Part shown: piece by piece, positions 48,994 to 59,500 of the stretch
How the letters are laid out: every line of letters starts with the position of its first letter
Position numbering within the stretch: the stretch's first letter is position 1
DNA from: a virus
IMG/VR virus record: IMGVR_UViG_3300009158_000001
Coordinates: 1 to 64,000 of that record
Direction: 5' to 3' (one strand)
Length of the DNA: 64,000 nt
Notes under the pieces: generated by a model
What the model was told of the DNA's origin: nothing
Database searches by the model: none
Seen by the model: only the letters and a program-made list of their open reading frames with translations
Position numbers and translations under genes: made by a program

Positions 48994-49891
48994 TTACTGC
49001 AACTGCACTAGTCTCATTAGCTTTCCATCCTGCATTAACCAGCTTTGAAAAGAAAGCTAAATCTAATATCTCTGGATTCTCAGATCCAACAAATGCATCA
49101 GGTGCCAAGTTATTATAATCGATCAATGCGTTTGAGCTAGCAATAATTGGAGATATTCTATAAGACATTACTGGACAATACACTAGTGGTAGATATTTAT
49201 GATAATAACTGTAAATCACTGTCATAAGTTCTCTATCATCATTGTCAAATAGATGGAAACTTCTTGTTACTTCATCATAGTAAAAATCACCAATTTCTAA
49301 TACTTCTTCTGGTGTATTGACTTTGTTCTTTAAAAAGCTTCCCTTGCCTCTTATACTGTCAGGTAAGACAACTAAATCTAAGGTTCCAGGCATTATATAG
49401 TTACCACCTAGAAGACTTTTCTTTGCAGTCCCAAAGTTTACAAATGGCATTAGAAAACATAAATCTTTTGTAAGATATTTTTCTTCATCTATCACTACTT
49501 CATTATTGGCACTTAATGCTTCAAAGTCATTCTTGAATGTTTCAATAGTTTTGTGATCAGTTATTTTGTAAGACAACAGCAACTCACGTTCACCTTCTAT
49601 GCTGTTTGCCCAGTAAACATTTAACTCATACCCATTGAAGTAGATTCTTAGCTCAGGATCTATTTTAATATATCCAATATCTTTAGGAGGATGACCTAGT
49701 GCTCTTCCATGTCCACTACTTTGTCCTGAGTTACTAATGCTAGAAGGATAAGTTGAGGCTGACAAACATCTATATTTAAAGTCAACTAAAGATTCATTTT
49801 GATTTCTATAAACTCCAAACTTTTGCCCAATGTAATCTATGCTTGTTACATTGGACTCTTTCCCTAGATAATTGAAATCTTTAATACTCAT
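48971..49891 (-). CDS. Putative baseplate wedge protein
   Basis: IDYIGQKFGVYRNQNESLVDFKYR fits the 'LD..g..fG..R...Es...yr.R' wedge motif. Confidence 0.55.
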   Translation of the reverse strand: MSIKDFNYLGKESNVTSIDYIGQKFGVYRNQNESLVDFKYRCLSASTYPSSISNSGQSSGHGRALGHPPKDIGYIKIDPELRIYFNGYELNVYWANSIEGERELLLSYKITDHKTIETFKNDFEALSANNEVVIDEEKYLTKDLCFLMPFVNFGTAKKSLLGGNYIMPGTLDLVVLPDSIRGKGSFLKNKVNTPEEVLEIGDFYYDEVTRSFHLFDNDDRELMTVIYSYYHKYLPLVYCPVMSYRISPIIASSNALIDYNNLAPDAFVGSENPEILDLAFFSKLVNAGWKANETSAVAVNGTYYDK

Positions 49892-49892
49892 T

Positions 49893-51590
49893 TTAATACT
49901 CTACTAGAAGTTTAGAAGATTCTACGTTTGTCCAGATTTGCCCAGAATTTCTATCAAAGTAATACCCATCTTTATAGAAAGACAAGACATTCTTGACAAT
50001 CCCATTAGAGAATTCTAAGTTTGCATTACTATCAGATCCAAACTTCCACCCATAGTAATTTGTCTTGAGATCAAAAACCTTCCAAGGAACTTTATATTTT
50101 ACAGTTAGAATTTTAGCACCAGCTTCTACCACAGTACTTCCACCTCTCTCGTTGGTATGCATCAGAGCCTCGCATATAACTTTATATGAGCCAATATTAT
50201 CAAGATAAAGATCCCACCTTAACTGTTGGTCTCCAAGCCCAATCCAAGCTTCATCTTCGTTAACTACTTCGCCTTCTGCATTAATATAGTACTCTATTGG
50301 CTCTCCTGTTATTTCATCGGAGTTTTCTGAGTTTTTAATTTTCAATCTAAGACGAGTTGTATGAATATCACTTGGCAGAGAAGTAACTCTAGTCTCAATG
50401 GTAACTTTTTCGATATGCTCTTCATCTTTTGCTACAAAAGGAATATCTTCGCAGACAAGATCTAGGAAATGATTATTATTGTTTTCATAGATAAACTTAT
50501 TACCAGTAAGATACAAATCGTATAGATATAATTTTGTTGTGTCTAAGGACTCAGCATTATCTGGATGCTTAACGGTATATAAAAGTTTACCTACTGAAAC
50601 CCAGTCATCAACTACCTGTATAGTATCCTGTTCGTTTAGCAAAGTATAAGCATCATGAACAATTTGCTCATAGTCCGAAAGAGCGTTTACTGCTTTTAAA
50701 AGCAAATACTCATTGTCCGAACCATTGTCTGTCTTTTCGATAACCCACATTGTATTTTCATATTCAGTTCTTAATGAATCAAAGTTTTGGATAGCTCCAA
50801 AGATCTTTTTCTTTTTATCTTTATCAAAAAAGTTATTTTCAATAATTTCAATATCAAAGTTATCTAATTGCGAATCTTCTAAAAGAGAAAATTTTAATGT
50901 ATATATTCCAGGCAAAAATTCTTGATTGAAAGAAAAAGCTTCATCTGCTAGCATGAGAACATCAGATATTGGAATTCCATTTTGCCCAAGTATTTGAGCA
51001 AAACTAAAACTATAAAATGAAGAATCCTCTCTCATAAATTTATAATAGAAATCACTATTTTTATAAGTAGTTCCATTCTTTGGAGTTAATTGAAATCCTA
51101 TAAAACAAGGATTTTTTACTCTTAATAGATATTCTTTTCTTTCAACTACATCAAGTACCTCAATACTAGTAGAAACTTCTTTCTTACCTTTAAAAAGTAA
51201 GGGAAGCCTATAAGTCAAGTCTGTCTTCTCCATGTTTGGAATTGTAATTAGATCACAGTTTGACTCTCCATCAAATTGGTAAACACTTACATTCTTTGGA
51301 ATTTTATATATAAAGTCTAGATCAGAAATTATTTTCTCTGGCTCAGGTGATGCATATAAAAAAAACTCAGTACTGTCATCTGTTTCAGCTTGATTTAGTC
51401 GCATACTTGATACTTCAACAAAGGAAGCTTGACCAAATTGAAAAATAGGAACAGCAAGATCATTTAAGATATTTTGATAGTTACTATTCTTGTCCGTCCT
51501 TGCTTTTGCAAATGAAGGCAATGTGTTTAGTTGCTCTTGTACTTTGTAATTATAAAGAGGCTGAGTAATTAATTCTTGATATTTATTCAT
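49893..51590 (-). CDS. Putative baseplate protein
   Basis: 565 aa, directly downstream of the baseplate J-like gene. Confidence 0.5.
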   Translation of the reverse strand: MNKYQELITQPLYNYKVQEQLNTLPSFAKARTDKNSNYQNILNDLAVPIFQFGQASFVEVSSMRLNQAETDDSTEFFLYASPEPEKIISDLDFIYKIPKNVSVYQFDGESNCDLITIPNMEKTDLTYRLPLLFKGKKEVSTSIEVLDVVERKEYLLRVKNPCFIGFQLTPKNGTTYKNSDFYYKFMREDSSFYSFSFAQILGQNGIPISDVLMLADEAFSFNQEFLPGIYTLKFSLLEDSQLDNFDIEIIENNFFDKDKKKKIFGAIQNFDSLRTEYENTMWVIEKTDNGSDNEYLLLKAVNALSDYEQIVHDAYTLLNEQDTIQVVDDWVSVGKLLYTVKHPDNAESLDTTKLYLYDLYLTGNKFIYENNNNHFLDLVCEDIPFVAKDEEHIEKVTIETRVTSLPSDIHTTRLRLKIKNSENSDEITGEPIEYYINAEGEVVNEDEAWIGLGDQQLRWDLYLDNIGSYKVICEALMHTNERGGSTVVEAGAKILTVKYKVPWKVFDLKTNYYGWKFGSDSNANLEFSNGIVKNVLSFYKDGYYFDRNSGQIWTNVESSKLLVEY

Positions 51591-52746
51591 TGGACACGCT
51601 AAATGTAAGAGTACCTACTGTTCCAATTTGATTTGGCTCTAGTATTATTTCATTCTGTAAAGTAGCATCATAACTAAAATATATACTTCCATCTTGAACT
51701 TGATATGTTACTTTTTTAAAATCTCCACTTGTTTTTGCAAGTAACTTTACACCAGGTATGCCCCCAATCAAACTCTTAATACTGTCTAGGCTAACAGACT
51801 GTCCACCTTGAATGGCATTAAAGTAATTCAGAATTATAGATTGAATTTGATCTTGGACTTGACCTGCATCTACATTTTGCTTTACAATAGCAGTTACTTC
51901 AAAACTAAAAGGAACTGCAATAAAGTTATTTACTCTTACAGATTGGTTAGGTCCAGCAAAAGAGTTTAATTCATTAGATATATTTGATAGATATCTTTCT
52001 TCATAGAAGACGCCACTTGTTGGCTGAACATAAACATAGATTCCGCTTGAACCACCGTTACCTCCTGCGACATAACTTTTTCCAATATCTGGTATTACTT
52101 GATTTAAATAATAATTCAGTGAACTAATATTTTTTTGGTTAGATTCTATTTTTGTAAAGATTCTAACTCTTAGCGCGCCATCTCCTTCTTGATCTTGTCC
52201 ATTCCTTATTGCTGCAGTATTAGTAACTCTCAATCTAGGAAAGTTTTTAACAAATCTATTTAGAGATCCTTTCTCAACATTGTAATTTGAGCCAGATGCG
52301 TTTGCTATTGCACCTACATATACGCTTTTACTACTACTCGAAATAGAATCAACTTGCTGAACAATAAATCTTTTTGTATCATTGAAGTCACAAATTTGTA
52401 ACCCATTCAAATTAATATTGTAGTCAAGAAGAACATCAAGAAGATTTTCATTAAAACTAGTAGAAATTATAATGTTACGATCAGTACTGAGTACTCTCGC
52501 CGCTGTATCCATTTTTCTACTTATGCCAAAGTCATTAGCAATCTTGTCAAGACCTCTTGAGGTTGCACTTGAAACAAAAGAATCTCTTAGGTTTGCTCTA
52601 TAGTCAAGTTCTGAGCCCACTATAAGCTGAGCAACATCGCTTGCTAAGCTATCAAGCATTGATCCTGGATAGAAATAATTCGCATGTTTTCTACCAAGTG
52701 AATTCCCAAAAATTAAATTTTTAATATCAATTGTACTTCTTGGCAC
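51583..52746 (-). CDS. Baseplate J-like wedge protein
   Basis: SATSRGLDKIANDFGISRK, ASGSNYNV, VTNTAAIRNGQDQEGDGALRVRI, GGQSVSLDSI...IPGV. Confidence 0.85.
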   Translation of the reverse strand: MPRSTIDIKNLIFGNSLGRKHANYFYPGSMLDSLASDVAQLIVGSELDYRANLRDSFVSSATSRGLDKIANDFGISRKMDTAARVLSTDRNIIISTSFNENLLDVLLDYNINLNGLQICDFNDTKRFIVQQVDSISSSSKSVYVGAIANASGSNYNVEKGSLNRFVKNFPRLRVTNTAAIRNGQDQEGDGALRVRIFTKIESNQKNISSLNYYLNQVIPDIGKSYVAGGNGGSSGIYVYVQPTSGVFYEERYLSNISNELNSFAGPNQSVRVNNFIAVPFSFEVTAIVKQNVDAGQVQDQIQSIILNYFNAIQGGQSVSLDSIKSLIGGIPGVKLLAKTSGDFKKVTYQVQDGSIYFSYDATLQNEIILEPNQIGTVGTLTFSVSNE

Positions 52747-52747
52747 T

Positions 52748-53230
52748 TTAACCTCCGAAAGCTTTATAGACAGTTTTTAATTCTTGTGTACTATGATTAA
52801 AAACAGCTTTAACTTCTATCATATTTGCATTAATATTAATAAGAGATAGAAACATTGTTACTTTTACCCCTATTGTATCTTTTGTAATAGGAAAAACCAC
52901 GACATCAATTGGGTAATCTTTCTGATTAAAAAAACTATTATTTAGATGTATTTGAATATAACTTCTTATATCTGAAAGAGCTTGAGCTGTCATTATTAGA
53001 TTTTTATATCTCTTTGGAGAAGCTCCAAATTCCATATTCTTAAGATACTCATTTCTTTTTGTTTGTAAACACATTTTAAGAATTTGAAGCATTGTCTCTG
53101 TTGGGTCATTCTTCCCTGTAAGAGATACTTTATTATGACTTGGTGTTGATTCAATAACTATATCCCAGTCATTTGTAATCTTAATATCTCGCAATCCAAT
53201 TGGATCTTGATGTGTTTTTACTATTGCCAT
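52748..53230 (-). CDS. gp25/gpW-like baseplate wedge (sheath initiator)
   Basis: DIKIT.DWDIVI...QILKMCLQTKRNEY...EFGAS pattern, immediately upstream of baseplate J. Confidence 0.65.
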   Translation of the reverse strand: MAIVKTHQDPIGLRDIKITNDWDIVIESTPSHNKVSLTGKNDPTETMLQILKMCLQTKRNEYLKNMEFGASPKRYKNLIMTAQALSDIRSYIQIHLNNSFFNQKDYPIDVVVFPITKDTIGVKVTMFLSLININANMIEVKAVFNHSTQELKTVYKAFGG

Positions 53231-53553
53231 TATATTCCTACTATACTAGTAGCACCTGCTATAATTGCTGAATTTATTGCAACATTAGCAAATGCATTAA
53301 TTATAGTTTCCGAGAAAAAATATGTAGGAGTAAAGGGTAAAGCTCCGGCAACTGGAGTTATATTAGAAAGTAGCCCATGAAAAGTCATTTTATCTGGACT
53401 CATTTGAAAGTTTACACTTTGTGCACTTGCATTTATAACTGACTTATCAAGAATTATAAAGTTATCTGGGCCTGCCCCTATTCTCACATAGTCTTTTCCA
53501 ATTTCAATATAGGCATCACCATCGGGAATTTTAATAATCTTTGCAGCGCTCAT
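53230..53553 (-). CDS. Putative baseplate spike beta-strand protein
   Basis: Short alternating beta strands (AYIEIGKDYVRIGAGPDNFIILDKSVINASAQSVNF). Lies between the hub and the gp25-like gene. Confidence 0.4.
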   Translation of the reverse strand: MSAAKIIKIPDGDAYIEIGKDYVRIGAGPDNFIILDKSVINASAQSVNFQMSPDKMTFHGLLSNITPVAGALPFTPTYFFSETIINAFANVAINSAIIAGATSIVGI

Positions 53554-53561
53554 TTTAATCC

Positions 53562-54008
53562 TTAAAATCCAGCAGCCCTAGTATTGGCTGAAAGTCCTGC
53601 TATTACTCCTCCAAAGGAGCTAGCTTTATTCTTTTGATAATTAATAATTGTATTATCCTGCATATTATCGCACATCAACCAAGCTAATCCCTTTTTCCAG
53701 TTAACGCCTTTCCATACATATTTAACTCTTAGTTTTTTAAGAATAATTGCCTCTCTATTGCCTATAGAACTAAGCATAGCTTCAGGTGTTTCTCCCATTA
53801 AACGAAATGGAGTTTCATCACTGGGATAAGTGTCCCAAGCAACTTTAACATAGATGCTTGGACTGTTAGGTGTTGGATAGATAATATCAACTATAGTTCC
53901 ATAAATTGGATTTTGCTCTGTGTGTAAACTTGGGCTGCCTCTTTCGATATGGTCTTTATGTTTAAAGTAAGTAACACCTATATTAGTCTTAGGAACTACG
54001 CCTGACAT
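53562..54008 (-). CDS. Hypothetical baseplate protein (possible OB-fold of central spike)
   Basis: YGTIVDII...IYVKVAW pattern, positioned after the hub. Confidence 0.35.
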   Translation of the reverse strand: MSGVVPKTNIGVTYFKHKDHIERGSPSLHTEQNPIYGTIVDIIYPTPNSPSIYVKVAWDTYPSDETPFRLMGETPEAMLSSIGNREAIILKKLRVKYVWKGVNWKKGLAWLMCDNMQDNTIINYQKNKASSFGGVIAGLSANTRAAGF

Positions 54009-54041
54009 TTTTTTCCTTATTTTTATAAATGTAATACAAAA

Positions 54042-56378
54042 CTATTTAGTTCCACCAGTTGTAACAGGAGCCAATACTTTTTCATAGGTTGAACTACCAC
54101 CAGAAGCAATGTCTGGCGATTGCGGTGACTCATCAAAGTATTCTTGGACTTCCGTATACTCAACTAAAGAATCTCCTATCTTTGCATTCTTTGCAGGATC
54201 TATTGCTGCGATAGCTCCTGCCATCTCGCCCATCTTTGCTCCAAAGTTCATGAAAGTTAGATCCCAGTGATCTTTGAAAGTTTCAAGGCTTTTTTCCATC
54301 ATTAACCACCATGAAAGATTAGCACCATATTTAGCTCTAATTTCACTATTTTCCATTAGCTGGTCAATTTCTTTTGTGGCTAAACCCATACCGCCATCCA
54401 TAAAATATTGCTTCATGTACTGTAGTGGAGTTTTATAAATACCACTGCCAAATCCAATATTGATTCCAGCAACCATAGGAACACCTTCTTTCATCAGAGG
54501 AATAATAAAATAAGCTCTACTATCTGCTACAAAGTTCATAACAAAACTTTGGAATTGCGAACCAAATTTTGAAAATGCATAACCGCCAATTCCAATGCTT
54601 GTTATTAGACTAAAAGTAAGACCACCTTTCCAACCAGAACCAGTAAGCAAAGTCCCAATCTTAGGTATGCTTCGAATTAAATTTATACCTGCCAGACCAT
54701 TAGCAGCCAATGCTAGGCCAGCAGCTCCGCCACTAAGTGCCCCTGCAGCAAACCTAAGATCTCCCGTCCAGCTATCGTTATCCCATAGCTTACTTACTAT
54801 ATCCATTTCATATTTAATTTTTTCCACCTGCTGGTCATAACTATTAAATAGTTTTTTAAGTTGTCTTGCTGCAACACTATTGCTTACTAAACCATCTGTG
54901 TCTCCGTATACTGGTCTTTGAGCCATAGCATTACTAGCATATAGTTCTGTTTTCATCCATGCTTCATTGTATAAACCATTATGTAACATATACGGAGTAA
55001 CATCATCATTTACAACAAGAGTGTCTGGGTAAATATGAGTTATAAATCCAGTGTCAGCGCCAAACATGTGATGTACTTCTTCTACTTCAATTGGGCCACA
55101 AATATTACTGTATGTATCGTTTACCATAATTACATCATATGGGCGAATATGTGGATTTCCCATAATCAAAAGAGAACCCTTGTACATCTCTTTGGCTTGT
55201 TTAGCTAATAGAGATCTTGCATATCTCTTAGCCATTGCTTCTCTTTTTATATTAACAAACTGATAATGAGTACTACGTAAGTAAGCAGGAGATAGATCTA
55301 TACATGCATTTCTTGTAACAATATTATCGTCATTCCAACTTACAAAAATATTTGGATTTTCTGTTCCAGCAGAAGATTTGTTGAATGAGTCCGTTGCTAC
55401 ATCATCAGTTATGCTAGTTCCACCAAACTGAACGCTAACTTGAGTAAACCAGCCGTCTGCTGTTGCTTCTATTGTGTTGTTAATAATATCTGTATAGGAG
55501 TTTACATTGTGCCATCTTCTAAAAGGACGAAATCTATTTCTTACAGTTTTGATAAACTTACTTGCTAGATTTGCATTTACAACAAGATTGAATCCTTTGC
55601 CATTTGTTTGCTCTAGCATTTTGTAAACTGATAAAGATATTGATTTACTAGCACCTTCAAGGCTTGGACTTGATCTTATACCTTGTAGAGTAACACCTTT
55701 TTCTCCTGCCATCTGTCTAACATTTTCAGTCTCAGAAAAACTACTATTTGGAACCTCAACATTTCGTTTATCCACAACCTTTGACATCATAGCCATTTCT
55801 AAGAAAAGCCTATTTGCTTCAAAAATACTTGAAGGATCTCCCATAGATTCCCACATGTCCTGATCTGGAAATCCAAAAAACATAGTCATTCTATTTGACC
55901 TATAATATATTCTTGGATGCTTTACATATCCAGGATGTCTATAGGTCATCTCCTCAAATACTTCCCAGATTGTAGAGTAGTAAGTTGTGTATTTAAGATC
56001 TTCAACCGTCCAAGCTTCTGTCCAATGCTGATCACTTGTTATTAATTTTCTAGCTTTTGATGTTGGTCCATCCAAAGCAACAGGAACATTTCCAGGTTCA
56101 GGCGTCGCCGCAGGTGGCGGAGTTGCGCTTTGGCCCGGCACTGGATTAACAGCTAGAGGAGCCGAAGAGGAAGGTGCAGTCGAACCTTCGGCTTTGTATT
56201 CTCCCTCGTACTGGCCACTTGTTGGATTCCATCTCCGTGCTCCTCTGCTCCCATCAGCTCGATAAGGACCGAGAGCAGGATCATCACCTCTTTTCATAAT
56301 CTGCCAACCCATCGTCTCATCTTTTTTTTGCGCTTCAGTTGGTTCGTTTGGTTTTGTTTCTGGTGCTGGTCCTGCCAT
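54042..56378 (-). CDS. Baseplate hub-like protein, C-terminal part, with Gly/Ala-rich hydrophobic segments
   Basis: TIWEVFEEMTYRHPG; MYKGSLLIMGNPHIRPYDVIMVND...GPIEVEEVHHMFG..GFITHI (gpD/gp44/gp27-type C-terminal barrel). Pro-rich N-terminus. Confidence 0.65.
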   Translation of the reverse strand: MAGPAPETKPNEPTEAQKKDETMGWQIMKRGDDPALGPYRADGSRGARRWNPTSGQYEGEYKAEGSTAPSSSAPLAVNPVPGQSATPPPAATPEPGNVPVALDGPTSKARKLITSDQHWTEAWTVEDLKYTTYYSTIWEVFEEMTYRHPGYVKHPRIYYRSNRMTMFFGFPDQDMWESMGDPSSIFEANRLFLEMAMMSKVVDKRNVEVPNSSFSETENVRQMAGEKGVTLQGIRSSPSLEGASKSISLSVYKMLEQTNGKGFNLVVNANLASKFIKTVRNRFRPFRRWHNVNSYTDIINNTIEATADGWFTQVSVQFGGTSITDDVATDSFNKSSAGTENPNIFVSWNDDNIVTRNACIDLSPAYLRSTHYQFVNIKREAMAKRYARSLLAKQAKEMYKGSLLIMGNPHIRPYDVIMVNDTYSNICGPIEVEEVHHMFGADTGFITHIYPDTLVVNDDVTPYMLHNGLYNEAWMKTELYASNAMAQRPVYGDTDGLVSNSVAARQLKKLFNSYDQQVEKIKYEMDIVSKLWDNDSWTGDLRFAAGALSGGAAGLALAANGLAGINLIRSIPKIGTLLTGSGWKGGLTFSLITSIGIGGYAFSKFGSQFQSFVMNFVADSRAYFIIPLMKEGVPMVAGINIGFGSGIYKTPLQYMKQYFMDGGMGLATKEIDQLMENSEIRAKYGANLSWWLMMEKSLETFKDHWDLTFMNFGAKMGEMAGAIAAIDPAKNAKIGDSLVEYTEVQEYFDESPQSPDIASGGSSTYEKVLAPVTTGGTK

Positions 56379-56512
56379 AATAATCCTTATAGCTCTATAC
56401 TATTAATAATTTAATTATCCTTTAATGATAAAATTCATACTTAAAACTATAATAAAGATTAATTTAAAATTTTATTCTAATTAGTTTACGGGCCTGGTCT
56501 TCTTTAGGAAAT

Positions 56513-59500
56513 CTAAGGCGTACCGGGCGCAGGTGCAGGAGCAGGAGCAGGTGCAGGAGCAGGCGGCATAACTACTTGCTGCTCTAATTGTGCTTGCGCA
56601 GCTGATGTTGCGGCAAACTCATCAAATACTACACCTGGAATATACTCATTGTCATATACTGCAGCACTTTTAAAGTATGCTGCATCATCTGTGACTTGAA
56701 CATTGCCAAATACACCACTTACCCATCTTCCTGCTGAATCTGACCACATCATAATTTGACTTGCATTAGGATTAGGAGCAAAAATATTATCATCTTGGGG
56801 TCCCTCTAAAGGAGATATTCCTTTTTGTCTTGCCGCTGCTGTCATTCCACCAGTTGCATTCCAACCTGCACTATCTGCCATAGTTGAGTCTGACATTCGC
56901 CCAATCCAACCAACGCTGCCTCCTTTTCTTCCACTATTATAAAGAGCTCCTAGATTTACTGTCTCCTTGTATTGTTGCATATGTTTTTCTAAACTTTGGT
57001 CTTCACCAAACATAACAATATCATCAAGTCTTCTTTTGCCAAAATGCACAACCTCACTTGAGAACATTAGACTTGCAAGAGTTGAGAAAGTTGTATCAAA
57101 GCTTAATGGCTCGCTTGCGCTACCCCATTCACTTTTTGCTCCTTTAATTTGAGCAACCAATTCAGCTCCATAGGACTGAGCAGTAATACTCATACGGGAT
57201 GACATTCCTTCCATCTGGACATCTGTAATTTCTCCCAGAAATACTTCTTCTAGTTTATTTGAATCATTACTAAATCCAAGGCAAACTTTTATTTTCAACC
57301 CAGGTGCAATACTAAAGTTATATTCATTTTGTTCAAGAACTGTATCTGCTGTTATAGGATTTCTATCTTCTTGCCCAAAAAGACTTGCTTCGTCAACAGA
57401 AGGTTGCGCTGAAGATGATGCCTTATTAAACTGATTAAAACCACTTAATAGACCGTTAACATCGCTAAAAGTAATAGTACAAATAGCAGCTGGTCTTTTT
57501 CTGCTGTCAGATATGTTTAAAGATTCAATCTTTGAATAGGAAAATACCTCATCAAAAGACAACCATTGCTTTGAGAAGATCTCGTCTTCCTCAAAGAAAA
57601 ATACCTTAACAACAGGAAAAGCTCTTCTTGCTGCTAATTTAGGTCGATTAATACTTTTTAAAGCATTAGCAACTTTTATTTTCATAGGTGTTCTAAATTG
57701 TGCAGTTTGAGCATATGCTCCTGCTCCTCCTGCTGCAAGACTTGTCTGACTACTTCCTGTGTAGTCAAAAACAAGAGGTTCCCAAACTAACATGCCCGCT
57801 TTTATTTTTGCTCTTATTTCATCAATCTTGGCAAGAGTATCGGATGAAGGCATTTTATCATCTTTATTTTTCCCTGTTGCATCTGTTAGATTGTTTCCAT
57901 CTTTATCTGTGCCAAGATTGCCCGCACGAGGTCTTAGAAGTTTTTCGGGCTTGAAACCTGCGGTTACGTCTTCAGTAGCTTCCTGGTTTTGCCTTAGTAG
58001 GAAATTAGATCTAACCATATTTAAGTAATATTCTGTACCAAGCGAATCGTATTGTTGATAACTATAATTCAATACTTTATTACCAAAAATAGGATCTTTT
58101 GGATTTAGCCCACCAGCAAGAGGACTAAGTAAATCAAGATTATCACCAAACATAAGACTTAAATCATTCCAAGAAACAACGTTAGGCGAAGCTATACTTT
58201 CAACACCATCGCCATCAGCTGCGACTGCACCAGCGCTGGCTATTGGTACTCTTGTTTTTCCATCTGATGACATTTTATGCGAGCTTGCGGCATTAAATCT
58301 TGAAAGGTATTCACTGCAAACATTTCTTCGACTACTTGTAAAGGCATTCTCATCTTCTTCAGTTCTGGACATTGCTGTAATATTTGGATTATTAATAGTA
58401 GTAAACGAGGCCCCTTCTGCTTGAAATTTCCTTTGTTTGAAAATTCTTCTTGGGCTTGTCTCTACTGTTGCAAGACCTTGCATTTCTCCTAGGCATTTTT
58501 CAAAATTGACATCTATAAATAGATTTCGAAATTCGCTCATGGAAACCCCAGGAACAAATACTCTATTGTCACCTTCGTAACCTTTACCTAAAGCCTCCCC
58601 TACCTTTTGTCCTGCAACTGGCTTTTGTGTTCCTTCTGGGAGATTATCTGGGTTTACAGCTTCAACAGCTACAACATAATCAGACATATCAGGGCCGACT
58701 TCCTCTCCTCCGAAATAATCAATACCTGGATTAGCTAGATAGAAGTCCGGATCTGTAAAACTTGATCCTCTTAACTTATTAGATAAACCATTAGCGCCAA
58801 GTGCATTCCAATAAGGATGATGAGGTAATTCTAAGTCATCATATGATGGAGCAGTCAAATCTGCAGAAACTTTAGATAATAGTTTCTTGGTCTCTGGGAA
58901 CCAATCGGTATATCTAACAACTCTTTGAATGTCAGAAAATCTTAATACATTATTAAGATATGGAATAGCCAATGCCTCCCAAATATAATCTATAAAGTCT
59001 TGGCCAATTAAAGATGCTTGGCCAGCCTCTACATGTAGTTTCTTAAACAATGGAGTACTTTGTTGAGCTGGTCCAACACCACCAAAAAATCCAGTACTTA
59101 ATTGCTCAACAGTGCCTGAGTCTAAGTCAAAACTATCTGATTCAACTTCAGTAAATAAACCATTAATTCCAGTTACTTCACTTGGAAGTTTATCTTGACT
59201 TAGTCTTCCACCTTTGGGCAATTTGTCTAAGGCTTTTAAGAAATTCTCATATCCATTTGATAAGCTAACGCTGTATAGCGTCATATTGTCAATGTCAATT
59301 ATCTCTTGTTCTTTTTCATATTCAAATTTAAAGGTTTCCTGATATATTAATTTTCCATTTGCTCTACTATCTAAAATATCTTCACCCCAAGGTCTTCTAC
59401 CTTGTTTAGTTTGGTCAAATACATAAAAATAATCATAAAAAGGAGCATGCTGCTCAGTATTTCTTTCGGCCTCAATTCTTTCCATTATGCTAGTAAAACT

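Noticed and set aside
56379-56515. Stop-codon readthrough or alternative genetic code joining the two hub genes
   Set aside because: The TAG is followed two codons later by an in-frame TAA and further stops. Genes elsewhere are long and intact in code 11, with TAA, TAG and TGA all used as stops.
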